The position numbers were made by a program, and so were the translations under genes. Source: a bacterium (GTDB lineage Bacteria > Oederibacteriota > PGYV01 > Palsa-1178). Taken from it: a stretch of 19,643 nucleotides of DNA. Positions 1 to 9,246 of this stretch are shown here, piece after piece; within the stretch, counting starts at the first letter, position 1; each line of letters opens with the position of its first letter. The stretch lies in contig JBAXIL010000033.1 in NCBI GenBank assembly GCA_037138355.1, positions 1 through 19,643 of the forward strand. The letters are read 5' to 3'. The notes beneath the pieces were generated by a model. The model saw only the letters and a list, made by a program, of their open reading frames with translations. It was not told where the DNA came from and did no database searches.

Positions 1-1796
1 ACTTTTAAAATAGCAAGGAAGGCCTCTTGCGGGATATCTACTGAGCCAATACTCTTCATTCTTTTCTTTCCTTCTTTTTGCTTTTCTAAAAGTTTTCTTT
101 TACGAGTTATGTCTCCACCATAGCATTTTGCCAAAACATTTTTTCTCATGGCAGGTATGGTCTCTCTGGAAATAACATTGGCGCCTATGGTGCCTTGTAT
201 AGGAACTTGGAACATATGTCTTGGGATAACCTCTTTTAATCTTTCAACTAAGTCCTTAGCTTTTTGATATGCGAAATCCTGATGGGTAATAAATGAAAGA
301 GAATCTACTTTTTCGAAATTAACAAGTATGTCAACTTTTTTTAGGTCTGCAGTTCTGTAATCAAGCAATTCATAATCCATAGAAGCATAGCCCTTAGACA
401 TGGATTTGAGCTTATCATAAAAATCCCATATAATTTCTGCAAGTGGTATTTCATAGACAAGCAGCGCTCTGGTAGGGGAAATATATTCTGTGTTTATATA
501 AGTGCCACGGCGTTGCTGGCAAAGCTGCATAAGTGGTCCTAAATACTCTGCCGGTGTTATTACGCTGAGTTTTACATAAGGTTCTTCTATGTGGTCCACA
601 AATGAAAAGTCAGGAAAAGATGAAGGGCTATCGCAGATTAAAATTTCATCTTTCGTGGTTTTGATTTTATATTCTACATTGGGTGCTGTGGCAATAAGAT
701 TAAGATTGTATTCGCGCTCTAATCTTTCCTGTATGATTTCCATGTGAAGCAGACCTAAAAAGCCGCAGCGGTATCCGAAGCCTAAGGCCTCAGATGATTC
801 TGGTTCATAAAAAAGCGAAGAGTCGTTTAACTTTAGTTTTGAAAGCGCATCTTTTAGTTCTGTGTATTGTTCAGAAACGACAGGGAACAAACCGCAGAAA
901 ACCATAGGTTTAATATCTTTGTAGCCAGGCAATGGGGCATCGCAAGGATTTCCAAACTCTGTGACTGTGTCGCCTATGCGTATGTCGCTTAAGGCTTTTA
1001 TACCTGCTGTTAAAAAACCAACTTGTCCTGCAAATAATTCATCTGCTTCTACCATACCTGGTTTGAAAACTCCCACATGGTCGATTTCCCAATCATTATT
1101 AGAAGCCATCATGCGAACTCTTGTGCCTCTTTTTACATGCCCATCTACAAGGCGTATGAAAATAATTACGCCTTTATAAAAATCAAACTGCGCATCCATT
1201 ATAAGTGCTTTAAGAGGTTTATTAATATCACCTTTTGGTGACGGAATATTTTTTATTATACTTGCGAGTATTTCCTCAATTCCTATGCCTTCTTTGGCAC
1301 TTGCTAAAACAGCTTCATCCGCAGGTATGGCGAGGAGTTCTTCAAGTTCTAACTTTGCTTTTGGTATATCTGAATTAGGAAGGTCTATTTTATTTATTAC
1401 AGGTATCAATTTTAAGTTAAGCATATTGGCTATGTGGGCATTTGCCATGGTCTGTGCTTCTATACCTTGTGAAGCGTCTATGACGAGGAGGGCACCTTCT
1501 GAAGCAATCAAAGAACGCGAAACTTCGTAAGTGAAATCCACATGTCCTGGAGTATCAATTAAGTTAAGCATGTATTCCTGTCCTTCGTATTTATATTTTA
1601 GCTGAACTGCTTTGGCTTTTATAGTGATACCGCGCTCGCGTTCCAAGTCCATAGAATCTAAAATCTGGGCTTTCATTTTGCGTTTGTCTATGGTGCCAGT
1701 AAACTCTAACAATCTATCGGCAAGAGTTGATTTGCCGTGGTCTATGTGTGCTATAATTGAAAAGTTTCTTATGTGTTTTAAGTCTTCGTTTGTCAT
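1..1796 (-). CDS. lepA: Elongation factor 4 (LepA); the last codon(s) and stop lie beyond the window edge
   Basis: Manual translation from ATG at 1796 gives [120 protein letters not shown]. About 598 codons. GAGG RBS lies within the end of the upstream gene. Absent from the ORF track because no stop is in the window. Confidence 0.98.
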   Translation of the reverse strand, partial: MTNEDLKHIRNFSIIAHIDHGKSTLADRLLEFTGTIDKRKMKAQILDSMDLERERGITIKAKAVQLKYKYEGQEYMLNLIDTPGHVDFTYEVSRSLIASEGALLVIDASQGIEAQTMANAHIANMLNLKLIPVINKIDLPNSDIPKAKLELEELLAIPADEAVLASAKEGIGIEEILASIIKNIPSPKGDINKPLKALIMDAQFDFYKGVIIFIRLVDGHVKRGTRVRMMASNNDWEIDHVGVFKPGMVEADELFAGQVGFLTAGIKALSDIRIGDTVTEFGNPCDAPLPGYKDIKPMVFCGLFPVVSEQYTELKDALSKLKLNDSSLFYEPESSEALGFGYRCGFLGLLHMEIIQERLEREYNLNLIATAPNVEYKIKTTKDEILICDSPSSFPDFSFVDHIEEPYVKLSVITPAEYLGPLMQLCQQRRGTYINTEYISPTRALLVYEIPLAEIIWDFYDKLKSMSKGYASMDYELLDYRTADLKKVDILVNFEKVDSLSFITHQDFAYQKAKDLVERLKEVIPRHMFQVPIQGTIGANVISRETIPAMRKNVLAKCYGGDITRKRKLLEKQKEGKKRMKSIGSVDIPQEAFLAILK

Positions 1797-3680
1797 TTAC
1801 TTAACCTCAATATATTTAAAATCAAAGTATCTCTGTTGTGTGGAGAGTCCCTGAGATTGCAACATATAAGCAATCATTTGCATATGATCTTTATTGTAAT
1901 CACTTTCTAAGGCTTTCACCTGAAAGGTAAGTGTCTTTATTTCTCCAGGGGCTAAAATGAATTTTTGAACTATGTCGCCAAACATTTCCAAGTTAGAAAC
2001 TTTTAAAAGTTTTACAGAATAATCCATAGAAACATTTCCTTTATTTTTTACTTGTATGTCTATCGTAAATACTTCGCCAATCTTTACAGAATCTGGAAGT
2101 TCCCACTTAGATTCAAAAGGAAAAAAATCTTGTTTGGTGCGCAAATATGAAAATGAAGTAGCTCCAGCAACTGCCCACTCCATAGTGGAGTAAGGTCCTT
2201 TAGAACCTTTAAAAGCGCGGGTTAAATCATGCCAGAAAAGTCCCAAGCTTGGATTGACTGGCAATAAAGTATCTATTAAAAGCTTCTGTCTTAAATAATG
2301 TTCTTCAGGACCAGAAGGTCTATAAGTTCTGCCTAAAAGATTCCAGTCCACGCATTGACCGGCACATAAGTTTGTCTGTCCCTGTTTTAAATAATCTTTC
2401 CAACTTTTTAACATAGAAGGATAGGTGTCGTGTTCTACAGAATAATACATTCCTGAGTTTATGTCCACGCCTGCATCTATGAACATTAAAGGATCTTGCC
2501 CATGTTCTTTTCCCTGACGCCAGGTGAGCGAAAAAACCCACATAGGTTTTGTAATACCAGCGCGTTTTTTTATATCTACTATGACTGTTGCCATTTTATG
2601 TGCACGCCACCAGTCCCATAATTCAAGAAAGGCGGGACTCTTATCTATTTCTAATTTGCGACCGAGCCAAAACATTTTATCTTCTTCAGTCATGGCTTTC
2701 CAGTCGCGTGGTATGTCTAAGAGTGGCATATCATTTACAAAGCTATCTGCGTATTCAAGTCCACCAAAATCTGTTCTCATATAATCCATTCCCAAATAAT
2801 CTATGGCAGGGTCTGCTTGCATTTTTTTAAGAAGGTCTATCAAGTCCTCTCTTCTTTTCTCATCAAGAATGGAAACATATATCATAGGTTTTAATAAATT
2901 ATTTACAGCATCATAGGAAACAGATTGTCTGTAAGGTGATAAGTCCTTTCTATTTCCCAAAACTACGAAGCTGGTAATCCAGGCACCGTATTTTATATCA
3001 TTTTTGTGACATTCATTTCCTAAACTGGACATCTGTGAGACACTTGTTTTGTCCCAAGGAAAAGTTGCTGGTTTAAAAGTATTCCATATCTGTGATTGAC
3101 CTACGCAGTGCCAAAGTGCAGAGGCACCCATAAACTTAGCCCACAGGATATAATTTTCCCAAATTTTTACTGGCTTACCAGTGGCGCCTGGAACTTTTGT
3201 GATTATGGAATCTCCTGGTTCTATATTCATAACGCAAAAGCCTTTTGGTAGAGGTTGAGTTTGTCTTTTGGTAATCTCAAAATTTACACTCTCAGAGATT
3301 TTTTTAGCACCAGTATCAAGTGTGATAACTGCTTTATAAGTACCTAAATTTGGATTCCATGGGATAGGCCAAGAACCTGACCAGCTTTTCGAAACAGCAT
3401 TATAGTGAAGAAGTATTTCTTCTGTAGCACCGATTGTTTGTACCAGATGATTATTGAAAAAAACTTTTGCCGTGCATGTCACTGCCGCAGGGTTATTTAA
3501 GTTAACTATATTGTTTAAGTTTAAAAAAGATTTTCTAATAGTAGGTACATAGTCACAATACATGTCTATGAGTTCATATCTGAGATAAGACGCTTTTCCT
3601 GTTTTTACATTAATACTTTCAGCATGTATGCTTGAAAATATAATGAAAAAGAGTATAATGCCTAAAGATAACTTCTTCAC
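1797..3680 (-). CDS. Secreted protein with a putative glycoside-hydrolase-like (TIM-barrel) core flanked by Ig-like domains
   Basis: ORF track gives 1797..3740. A better start is GTG at 3680 after AGGAG, giving signal peptide MKKLSLGIILFFIIFSSIHA. The central DPAIDYLGMDYMR resembles the D-x-I-x-x-D-Y-x-R strand of GHL10/DUF4015-type putative hydrolases. The N-terminal (GTYKAVITLD) and C-terminal (LPDSVKIGEVFTIDIQVKNKG...LAPGEIKTLTFQVKA) segments look like beta-sandwiches. Family assignment is by eye. Confidence 0.6.
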   Translation of the reverse strand: MKKLSLGIILFFIIFSSIHAESINVKTGKASYLRYELIDMYCDYVPTIRKSFLNLNNIVNLNNPAAVTCTAKVFFNNHLVQTIGATEEILLHYNAVSKSWSGSWPIPWNPNLGTYKAVITLDTGAKKISESVNFEITKRQTQPLPKGFCVMNIEPGDSIITKVPGATGKPVKIWENYILWAKFMGASALWHCVGQSQIWNTFKPATFPWDKTSVSQMSSLGNECHKNDIKYGAWITSFVVLGNRKDLSPYRQSVSYDAVNNLLKPMIYVSILDEKRREDLIDLLKKMQADPAIDYLGMDYMRTDFGGLEYADSFVNDMPLLDIPRDWKAMTEEDKMFWLGRKLEIDKSPAFLELWDWWRAHKMATVIVDIKKRAGITKPMWVFSLTWRQGKEHGQDPLMFIDAGVDINSGMYYSVEHDTYPSMLKSWKDYLKQGQTNLCAGQCVDWNLLGRTYRPSGPEEHYLRQKLLIDTLLPVNPSLGLFWHDLTRAFKGSKGPYSTMEWAVAGATSFSYLRTKQDFFPFESKWELPDSVKIGEVFTIDIQVKNKGNVSMDYSVKLLKVSNLEMFGDIVQKFILAPGEIKTLTFQVKALESDYNKDHMQMIAYMLQSQGLSTQQRYFDFKYIEVK

Positions 3681-3746
3681 TTTTGCTCCTTGAGTATATA
3701 TATAATTAATGAGGGACCTTTTTAGAGGTCTCATATGCAAAATAAG

Positions 3747-3774
3747 ATTATATTGATTTTTGACTAAAAAACAA
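3747..3774 (-). promoter_or_regulatory. Putative sigma70 promoter for the GH-like/lepA operon
   Basis: Minus strand TTGTTT (3774-3769), 16 nt, TATAAT (3752-3747), about 65 nt upstream of the GTG start. Confidence 0.45.
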
Positions 3775-3843
3775 GAGAAAAATATTAAATAAGGGGTTTA
3801 GTCGTGCAAAAAACGATAGTTATTGTTATTATTGAGGGCAATT

Positions 3844-4491
3844 ATGGCGCATAAAGGCAAAAAAATTAAAGTAAATGAGATATTTTATGATATTGAAGGC
3901 GAAGGTCAATATCAAGGTTATGGCACACTCTTTATCCGCTTAACTGGTTGTAATCTAAGGTGTAAGTGGTGCGACACTAAACAGGCATATACCAAAGGTG
4001 ATTTGAAAAGCGTAAATGAACTTCTTGAAATCATAAAGTTAAGTCCTTATAAATACATTAATATAACTGGCGGGGAACCGTTAAATCAAAAGCAGGAAGT
4101 TTTGTCTTTAATAAAACAGGTTCAAAAGCTTAAACAGTCAAAAATAAAAGGGTTTGACAAAATAATATCAGTAGAAACAAATGGGGCGGTTTCCATTAAA
4201 AATGTAAACGCGGATAATATAAGCATGGATTTGAAACTGCCAGCTTCTGGGGAACATAAAAAAATGCTATTTTCTAACTTGGCTTTGCTAAAACCAAAGG
4301 ACCAGCTTAAGCTGGTTATAAGTTCAAAAAAAGATATGGATTACGCTGTTGAGATATTGCAAAAGCATCCTGTGAAGTGTGTGATATATGCTCAACCTGT
4401 TTTTGGTGCGATTAAGTTGGATAAAATAAAAGCATATATTATGAACAATAAGCTTAAATGGAAAGCCAGCATACAACTGCATAAAATATAA
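3844..4491 (+). CDS. queE: 7-carboxy-7-deazaguanine synthase (radical SAM)
   Basis: EIFYDIEGEG, FIRLTGCNLRCKWCDT (CxxxCxxC), ITGGEP, ETNG, C-terminal QLHK. ATG at 3844 follows GAGG and is preferred over the track's TTG at 3823. Confidence 0.88.
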   Translation: MAHKGKKIKVNEIFYDIEGEGQYQGYGTLFIRLTGCNLRCKWCDTKQAYTKGDLKSVNELLEIIKLSPYKYINITGGEPLNQKQEVLSLIKQVQKLKQSKIKGFDKIISVETNGAVSIKNVNADNISMDLKLPASGEHKKMLFSNLALLKPKDQLKLVISSKKDMDYAVEILQKHPVKCVIYAQPVFGAIKLDKIKAYIMNNKLKWKASIQLHKI

Positions 4492-4556
4492 ATTAATAAA
4501 TAGTAGTTAGGGTTGAGTTCGTATCGCAAAAACTTAAAATATGTTCGGGAGTTTTT

Positions 4557-7178
4557 ATGAAAAAAATTTCCATGATATTAATTTTATTTATTTTGACTGT
4601 TTGCCGTTTATCGGCTTCTTTTGATTTACAAGTTTATAAAACCGACCAGTTCACTCTTTTCTTTCCTCCAGGGTATGAAGACAGGGCAGCGCTTATGCTA
4701 TCCGAACTTGAGGCATACAAAACCATTCCTGAAAAAATTGTAGGCAATAAAATTATGAACCTGCCAATAATTCTGGAAGATGCGGGGCAGTATTCACAGG
4801 GTTATGCAAATCCAGTTTATTTTAAAATGGCCTTGTTTAATTATGATGATACGGAAGCAAGCTGGTTTAGAGTCGGTATGGTGCATGAATATACGCACAT
4901 GTTACAAATGCTTAAAAAAAGTGGAGCCCCAACATTTTTAAGTGACATATTCGGTGATATATTATCCCCAAATGTTTTTGCTCCTAACTGGATGTTTGAA
5001 GGCATTACAACTTATAATGAGTCACAATTAGCTCCATATACAGGCAGGTTAAATGATTCTGGTTTTGAATCTTTTATGGGAATGCTTGTGTCCGAAGGAA
5101 AAGCTCCAGAACTTATGAAGGCCTCATACTCGCCTTTTGAAACGCCTTATGGCAATGCTCCTTACCTTTATGGGGGCGAATTTTTTGGCTATCTTTCAAA
5201 AACATACGGAGAGGAAAAGTTTAGTAAGCTCTTTGAAAGTTATGGAGCATCATTATTATCGTATTTAGCTTTTGTCTTGCCAGTATTTAGTATGGATAAT
5301 ACTTTTCGGGAAGTGTATGGCAAATCAACGGAAGAGTTATGGAAAGAATGGTCGCTTGATATAAAAGAAAAATATAAAAATTATAAAATGGAAGGCGAAA
5401 AAATATCAGACAGGGGATTTTATACGGACTCTCCTGTGATATATGAAGGGGCTTTGTATTATGTGAATAATAAAGCAGTAAAAACAGGGGTTTTTGATAC
5501 TTGGGGCTTTCATAATGTAATACAGCATAATCTAAAAACAGGTGAAGAAAAGGAAGTAATAAGCAGGCCTAATACTATAAATGCTGGACTTAAGCTATAT
5601 GATAATAAATTATACTATAGTGTTATGCAAATTGGTTTTCCTTATCCTAATCGCTTTGTGTCTGGGTATGGCTATGATTCTGTTTTATATGAAAAAAATA
5701 TGACAACAGGTGAAGATAAAGAACTTTTTGAGGATTGTATTGCTGCATTTTGTGTGACAAAAGCAGGAACAATAATTTATTCAAAAAAAGAAACATACAA
5801 ATACGGTTCTAAAATAATAATCTTTGATACAAATACAAAATCAAAGCAAGAACTTTTTGAAACCCCATATACGCTCACAAATATCTCCGCTACTGAAAAT
5901 GAAAACATATATATAGTGTCAGCGAGACCTGAAAATGAAAACAGTGGAATATTTAGTATGAATATTATTGAAAAAACTCTGACAAAAATTATTGACACCC
6001 CTTGGACTGAAGATGCCTGTGCTGTCTATGATAATAAGATTTTTTATTCATCCAATGAAAATAAGGCAAAGCGTATTTATTTTTATGATATGACAGATAA
6101 AACAATAAATAGAATAACAGATAATGGCATGGCACATGAAACGGCTTTTGATAAAGAAAATAACGAAGTATATTTTGTGGGGCTTAATCTTAAAGGTTTT
6201 GATATATACAAAAAGAAATTTGAGTCCGTAAAATTAAGTCCAGTTAATTATCCTGTCGTGGAGAAAAAAAATACTCCTAAAGTGGTTTATACGAAAGGTT
6301 CGTATCTGGATAATCTGGCGACACTATATCCAAAAATACGATATCCATATTTGGATTTTCGTGAGGGTGGAAAATATGCTGCTGGCATAGGGATCGCAGG
6401 CATGGATGCGGCTGAGGATTTTAGTTATGATGCTTCGGTATTTTATGATTCTGTTTCAAAAAAAGCTGGAACAATAATAAATATGGGTATGTATTTTTTG
6501 GATCCTATAAGTATAGGTTTGAATTATCGTTCACTTGATTCATATTTTGATTTGTCAGTACAAGGTCCTGTTTTTGTAAGTTCGCTTGGAGGTTTGTCTG
6601 GAGTAAGACCAGCTTTGGCGTATGCATTTATTGGAGCAAATAATGAAAAACAATTAATACCAAGTATGACGGCTGATTTTAATTTTACTTTAACAAATGG
6701 TTCAGTATTTTTAGGTTCGTATATACAACAGCCGTGGCTTGGCTCAAATAAATATTTTGAGGGATATAAGGCGGAATTAAAGTTCAACCAATACCTTTGT
6801 GATTCTGAATTAAAAATACAAACAGGGGTAATGAAAGCTTCCAAAATTAATACGGATATAATAGGTGAGGTGCGCGGATATACTCGTAAAGTTTTTGGAA
6901 AAACTGGTGTTTACGGTAGTGCAGAGGTTTTTAAACCTTTGCTTGAATTGCATGGAGGGCTATGGAATCCCAACATATTTTTTCAAGATTTAGTGGCAAG
7001 TGTATTTGTGGATGGGGCATTTACTGAAATGGAAAGCAATATGTCTTATGGTGCGGCGCTGCATTTAGAAACAGAGCTATTCTTCAATGTGCCAATAGAT
7101 ATAGGGGTAAGAGGACAGTCTGATAATAAAGGCAATTTGAGCGGAAACCTAATCTTTAAGGTAATGCTGGCATATTAA
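4557..7178 (+). CDS. Outer-membrane protein: zincin metallopeptidase-like domain, TolB-like beta-propeller and Omp85/BamA-like barrel
   Basis: Signal peptide; HEYTH followed by WMFEG and YLYGGEFFGYLSKTYG (gluzincin/MA-like); repeated 'KLYYS/KIFYSS...IY.YD' propeller blades; C-terminal VRGY, FVDG and SYGAALHL motifs and a terminal aromatic residue, as in Omp85 barrels. Confidence 0.7.
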   Translation: MKKISMILILFILTVCRLSASFDLQVYKTDQFTLFFPPGYEDRAALMLSELEAYKTIPEKIVGNKIMNLPIILEDAGQYSQGYANPVYFKMALFNYDDTEASWFRVGMVHEYTHMLQMLKKSGAPTFLSDIFGDILSPNVFAPNWMFEGITTYNESQLAPYTGRLNDSGFESFMGMLVSEGKAPELMKASYSPFETPYGNAPYLYGGEFFGYLSKTYGEEKFSKLFESYGASLLSYLAFVLPVFSMDNTFREVYGKSTEELWKEWSLDIKEKYKNYKMEGEKISDRGFYTDSPVIYEGALYYVNNKAVKTGVFDTWGFHNVIQHNLKTGEEKEVISRPNTINAGLKLYDNKLYYSVMQIGFPYPNRFVSGYGYDSVLYEKNMTTGEDKELFEDCIAAFCVTKAGTIIYSKKETYKYGSKIIIFDTNTKSKQELFETPYTLTNISATENENIYIVSARPENENSGIFSMNIIEKTLTKIIDTPWTEDACAVYDNKIFYSSNENKAKRIYFYDMTDKTINRITDNGMAHETAFDKENNEVYFVGLNLKGFDIYKKKFESVKLSPVNYPVVEKKNTPKVVYTKGSYLDNLATLYPKIRYPYLDFREGGKYAAGIGIAGMDAAEDFSYDASVFYDSVSKKAGTIINMGMYFLDPISIGLNYRSLDSYFDLSVQGPVFVSSLGGLSGVRPALAYAFIGANNEKQLIPSMTADFNFTLTNGSVFLGSYIQQPWLGSNKYFEGYKAELKFNQYLCDSELKIQTGVMKASKINTDIIGEVRGYTRKVFGKTGVYGSAEVFKPLLELHGGLWNPNIFFQDLVASVFVDGAFTEMESNMSYGAALHLETELFFNVPIDIGVRGQSDNKGNLSGNLIFKVMLAY

Positions 7179-7201
7179 GGTAATAATAAGCGTGTGATTT
7201 A

Positions 7202-7230
7202 TTGACACGCTGTTTTTTTAATGATAATAT
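7202..7230 (+). promoter_or_regulatory. Sigma70 promoter with extended -10
   Basis: TTGACA (7202-7207), 17 nt, TAATAT (7225-7230), with TG at 7222-7223; 34 nt upstream of ATG 7265. Confidence 0.65.
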
Positions 7231-7264
7231 GACTTGTTTTTCAATTATTAAAGGATGGAAATAA

Positions 7265-8470
7265 ATGAAAAAACTTGTTTTTACAGCCATTATTTTGACT
7301 TTTGTTTTCCAGCTTTTTGCTGGAAATACTGCTTTGTCTTCATATTTACTTGTAGATTCTTTCCCTGAAGTGGCGGCAGTAGGGCCTGATTCAGGAGCGG
7401 CCACTTATGGTGTTGGTTATTCTGATATCAATCCAGCTGCGGCAGCAGAAATAGAAAGCTTTGCATATTCTGCTATGCATTCAGTTATGCCGCTTAATAT
7501 CTCGCTGGAAAAAATAAGCGTTGTGAAGCATTTTGATTTTGGCAATATAGGAGCAAATATTTCGTATGTAGATTTTGGAGCATATAGTGGAATAGGAGTG
7601 GATGAAAATTTGTATCCAGTTTTGACTGGTCGTATAGAAAATCCTTTTTCAATATATGGGTCTGTGATATACGCTAAAAAATTCGAAAATTTTAGCTTGG
7701 GTGCGGCTCTTAAGCTTATCAATGAAAATCTTGCAGGCACATCAAATGTTTCAGGAGCGGTGGATTTGGGTGTGATATTGGAAACTTTATTTAATGAAGA
7801 TATCAATCTTGGTTTTTCTGTGTGTAATATTTCAACTAAGGATAATGATTTTGCACTGCCACTTGATTTAAAGGCAGGGCTTTCATATAAAATAAAAAAT
7901 AAGACACTTGATTTAGTGAAGCTAACAGCGTCTGCAGATTATTTAATATATGAACAAGCCCTCTTGGCAGGGGTGGGATTTGACTATACTGTTTTTAATG
8001 AGCTTGTTTTAAGGGGCGGTTTTACTTTGGGAAATAAACAAGAACTTAAATTCTCAGCAGGTTTTGGTATGAATATAAGTGAAACTTATTTCTCTTATGC
8101 TTTTGTGCCTGACTCTATTGCTGGTGATACACATAAGCTTTCTATATCTGGCACATTTGGAAAAGAAAAAACAGAAACTTCCAATGCAAAGTCCGGAGAA
8201 ACTTTTGGTGGTTATATGAAATCGGGTAATTACTATTATGACAATAAACAATATAGGTTGGCAGTTAGATACTATGAATATGTAAATCTACTTTATTGGA
8301 AAGAAATTGAAGATATGAAAGATAATGAAAAATCATCTTTCTTTCAAAAGCTTGGAATATGTTATTACAATATGAGAGACAATAAAAACGCAAAGCAATA
8401 TTTTGAACGAGCTATGTATTTTGAAAGAAATAATGAGATATTAAAACATTGGATAAAGTTACTGAATTAA
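7265..8470 (+). CDS. PorV/PorQ-like (FadL superfamily) beta-barrel protein with a C-terminal TPR domain
   Basis: Signal peptide; NPAAAA (cf. NPAGL), FSLGAALKLI, AVDLGV, LPLDLKAGLSY, LVLRGGF, FSAGFG, YAFVP...THKLSIS. The C-terminal GNYYYDNKQYRLAVRYYE and LGICYYNMRDNKNAKQYFERA are TPR-like. Confidence 0.7.
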   Translation: MKKLVFTAIILTFVFQLFAGNTALSSYLLVDSFPEVAAVGPDSGAATYGVGYSDINPAAAAEIESFAYSAMHSVMPLNISLEKISVVKHFDFGNIGANISYVDFGAYSGIGVDENLYPVLTGRIENPFSIYGSVIYAKKFENFSLGAALKLINENLAGTSNVSGAVDLGVILETLFNEDINLGFSVCNISTKDNDFALPLDLKAGLSYKIKNKTLDLVKLTASADYLIYEQALLAGVGFDYTVFNELVLRGGFTLGNKQELKFSAGFGMNISETYFSYAFVPDSIAGDTHKLSISGTFGKEKTETSNAKSGETFGGYMKSGNYYYDNKQYRLAVRYYEYVNLLYWKEIEDMKDNEKSSFFQKLGICYYNMRDNKNAKQYFERAMYFERNNEILKHWIKLLN

Positions 8471-8500
8471 TAGAATAACGCTACAGGAAAAAGGAGCAAT

Positions 8501-9169
8501 ATGAAAAAGTTTTTGATACTCTTAGTGATTTTATTTTCAGCGGGTTTGCTTTTTGCTGAAACTGAAACCTTCACAGATACTGTGACAGATACAATCACAG
8601 ATACTGCAACTGCGACGCTAACGCAGACAGCTCTGGATACAGATACTATTACATCAACAGTAACTCAAACTTATACAAATACTTATACAAATACAGCGAC
8701 AAGAACATTTACAAACACAGTGACAAATACTTTTACAAATACTGTGACAAAAACTTTTACAGCTACTTACACTTTAACCATGACAGACACTGCTACTAAT
8801 ACCACCACTATAACGCAGACAAATACAGTGATTCAGACGGCAACACAAACTAATACGCCACAACCTACGCCGACCTTAGCGCTGGCAGTTTATGAGAGTT
8901 TTAAAAATGTCCTTTATCCTAATCCTGCCAAGGCAGGCGGAGTGATATATATGCTTTATGATATTCAGGGCACTGCAATAATTACGATTAATATATATAC
9001 TTTTGATGGAAGAAAAGCGATTGAAACCATAGAAAATGCGACAGGCCAAGGCAAAATAACAGTGCAAACCATGGATTTGGCGCCTGGAGTCTACTTTTAT
9101 AGTGTGAAAACAAAGTATGAAAACAGGGAAGAAAAGACAAAATCCAGAAAATTAGTTATAAGTAGGTAA
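8501..9169 (+). CDS. Secreted Thr-rich protein with a T9SS type-A-like C-terminal sorting domain
   Basis: AAGGAG RBS; 19-aa signal peptide; (Thr-X)n tract at aa 21-125; C-terminal LYPNPA...INIYTFDGRK...LAPGVYFY...KLVI matches the Por secretion-tail pattern. Confidence 0.8.
   Translation: MKKFLILLVILFSAGLLFAETETFTDTVTDTITDTATATLTQTALDTDTITSTVTQTYTNTYTNTATRTFTNTVTNTFTNTVTKTFTATYTLTMTDTATNTTTITQTNTVIQTATQTNTPQPTPTLALAVYESFKNVLYPNPAKAGGVIYMLYDIQGTAIITINIYTFDGRKAIETIENATGQGKITVQTMDLAPGVYFYSVKTKYENREEKTKSRKLVISR
8561..8875 (+). repeat. Low-complexity coding repeat (Thr-X)n with 12- and 24-bp tandem units
   Basis: ACN codon at nearly every second codon, e.g. ACTTATACAAAT x2 and ACAAA(C/T)AC(A/T)GTGACAAA(T/A)ACTTTT x2. 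Confidence 0.85.
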
Positions 9170-9182
9170 ATGCTTAGAATCG

Positions 9183-9211
9183 TTGACAAGCGTCTTGAGT
9201 GTTGTTATAAT
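9183..9211 (+). promoter_or_regulatory. Full-consensus sigma70 promoter with extended -10
   Basis: TTGACA (9183-9188), 17 nt, TATAAT (9206-9211), with TG at 9203-9204. AGGAGG RBS precedes ATG 9247. Confidence 0.85.
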
Positions 9212-9246
9212 TAGGAACATTTGTAAACAGCAAAATAGGAGGCTTT

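Noticed and set aside
961..1854. Plus-strand ORFs 961..1179, 1285..1530 and 1612..1854
   Set aside because: They are antisense shadows of lepA, with no RBS or recognisable motifs.
3741..4556. preQ1 riboswitch in the spacers flanking queE
   Set aside because: Small hairpins are present (~3801-3817 and ~4513-4537), but neither matches the preQ1-I stem-loop plus A-rich tail.
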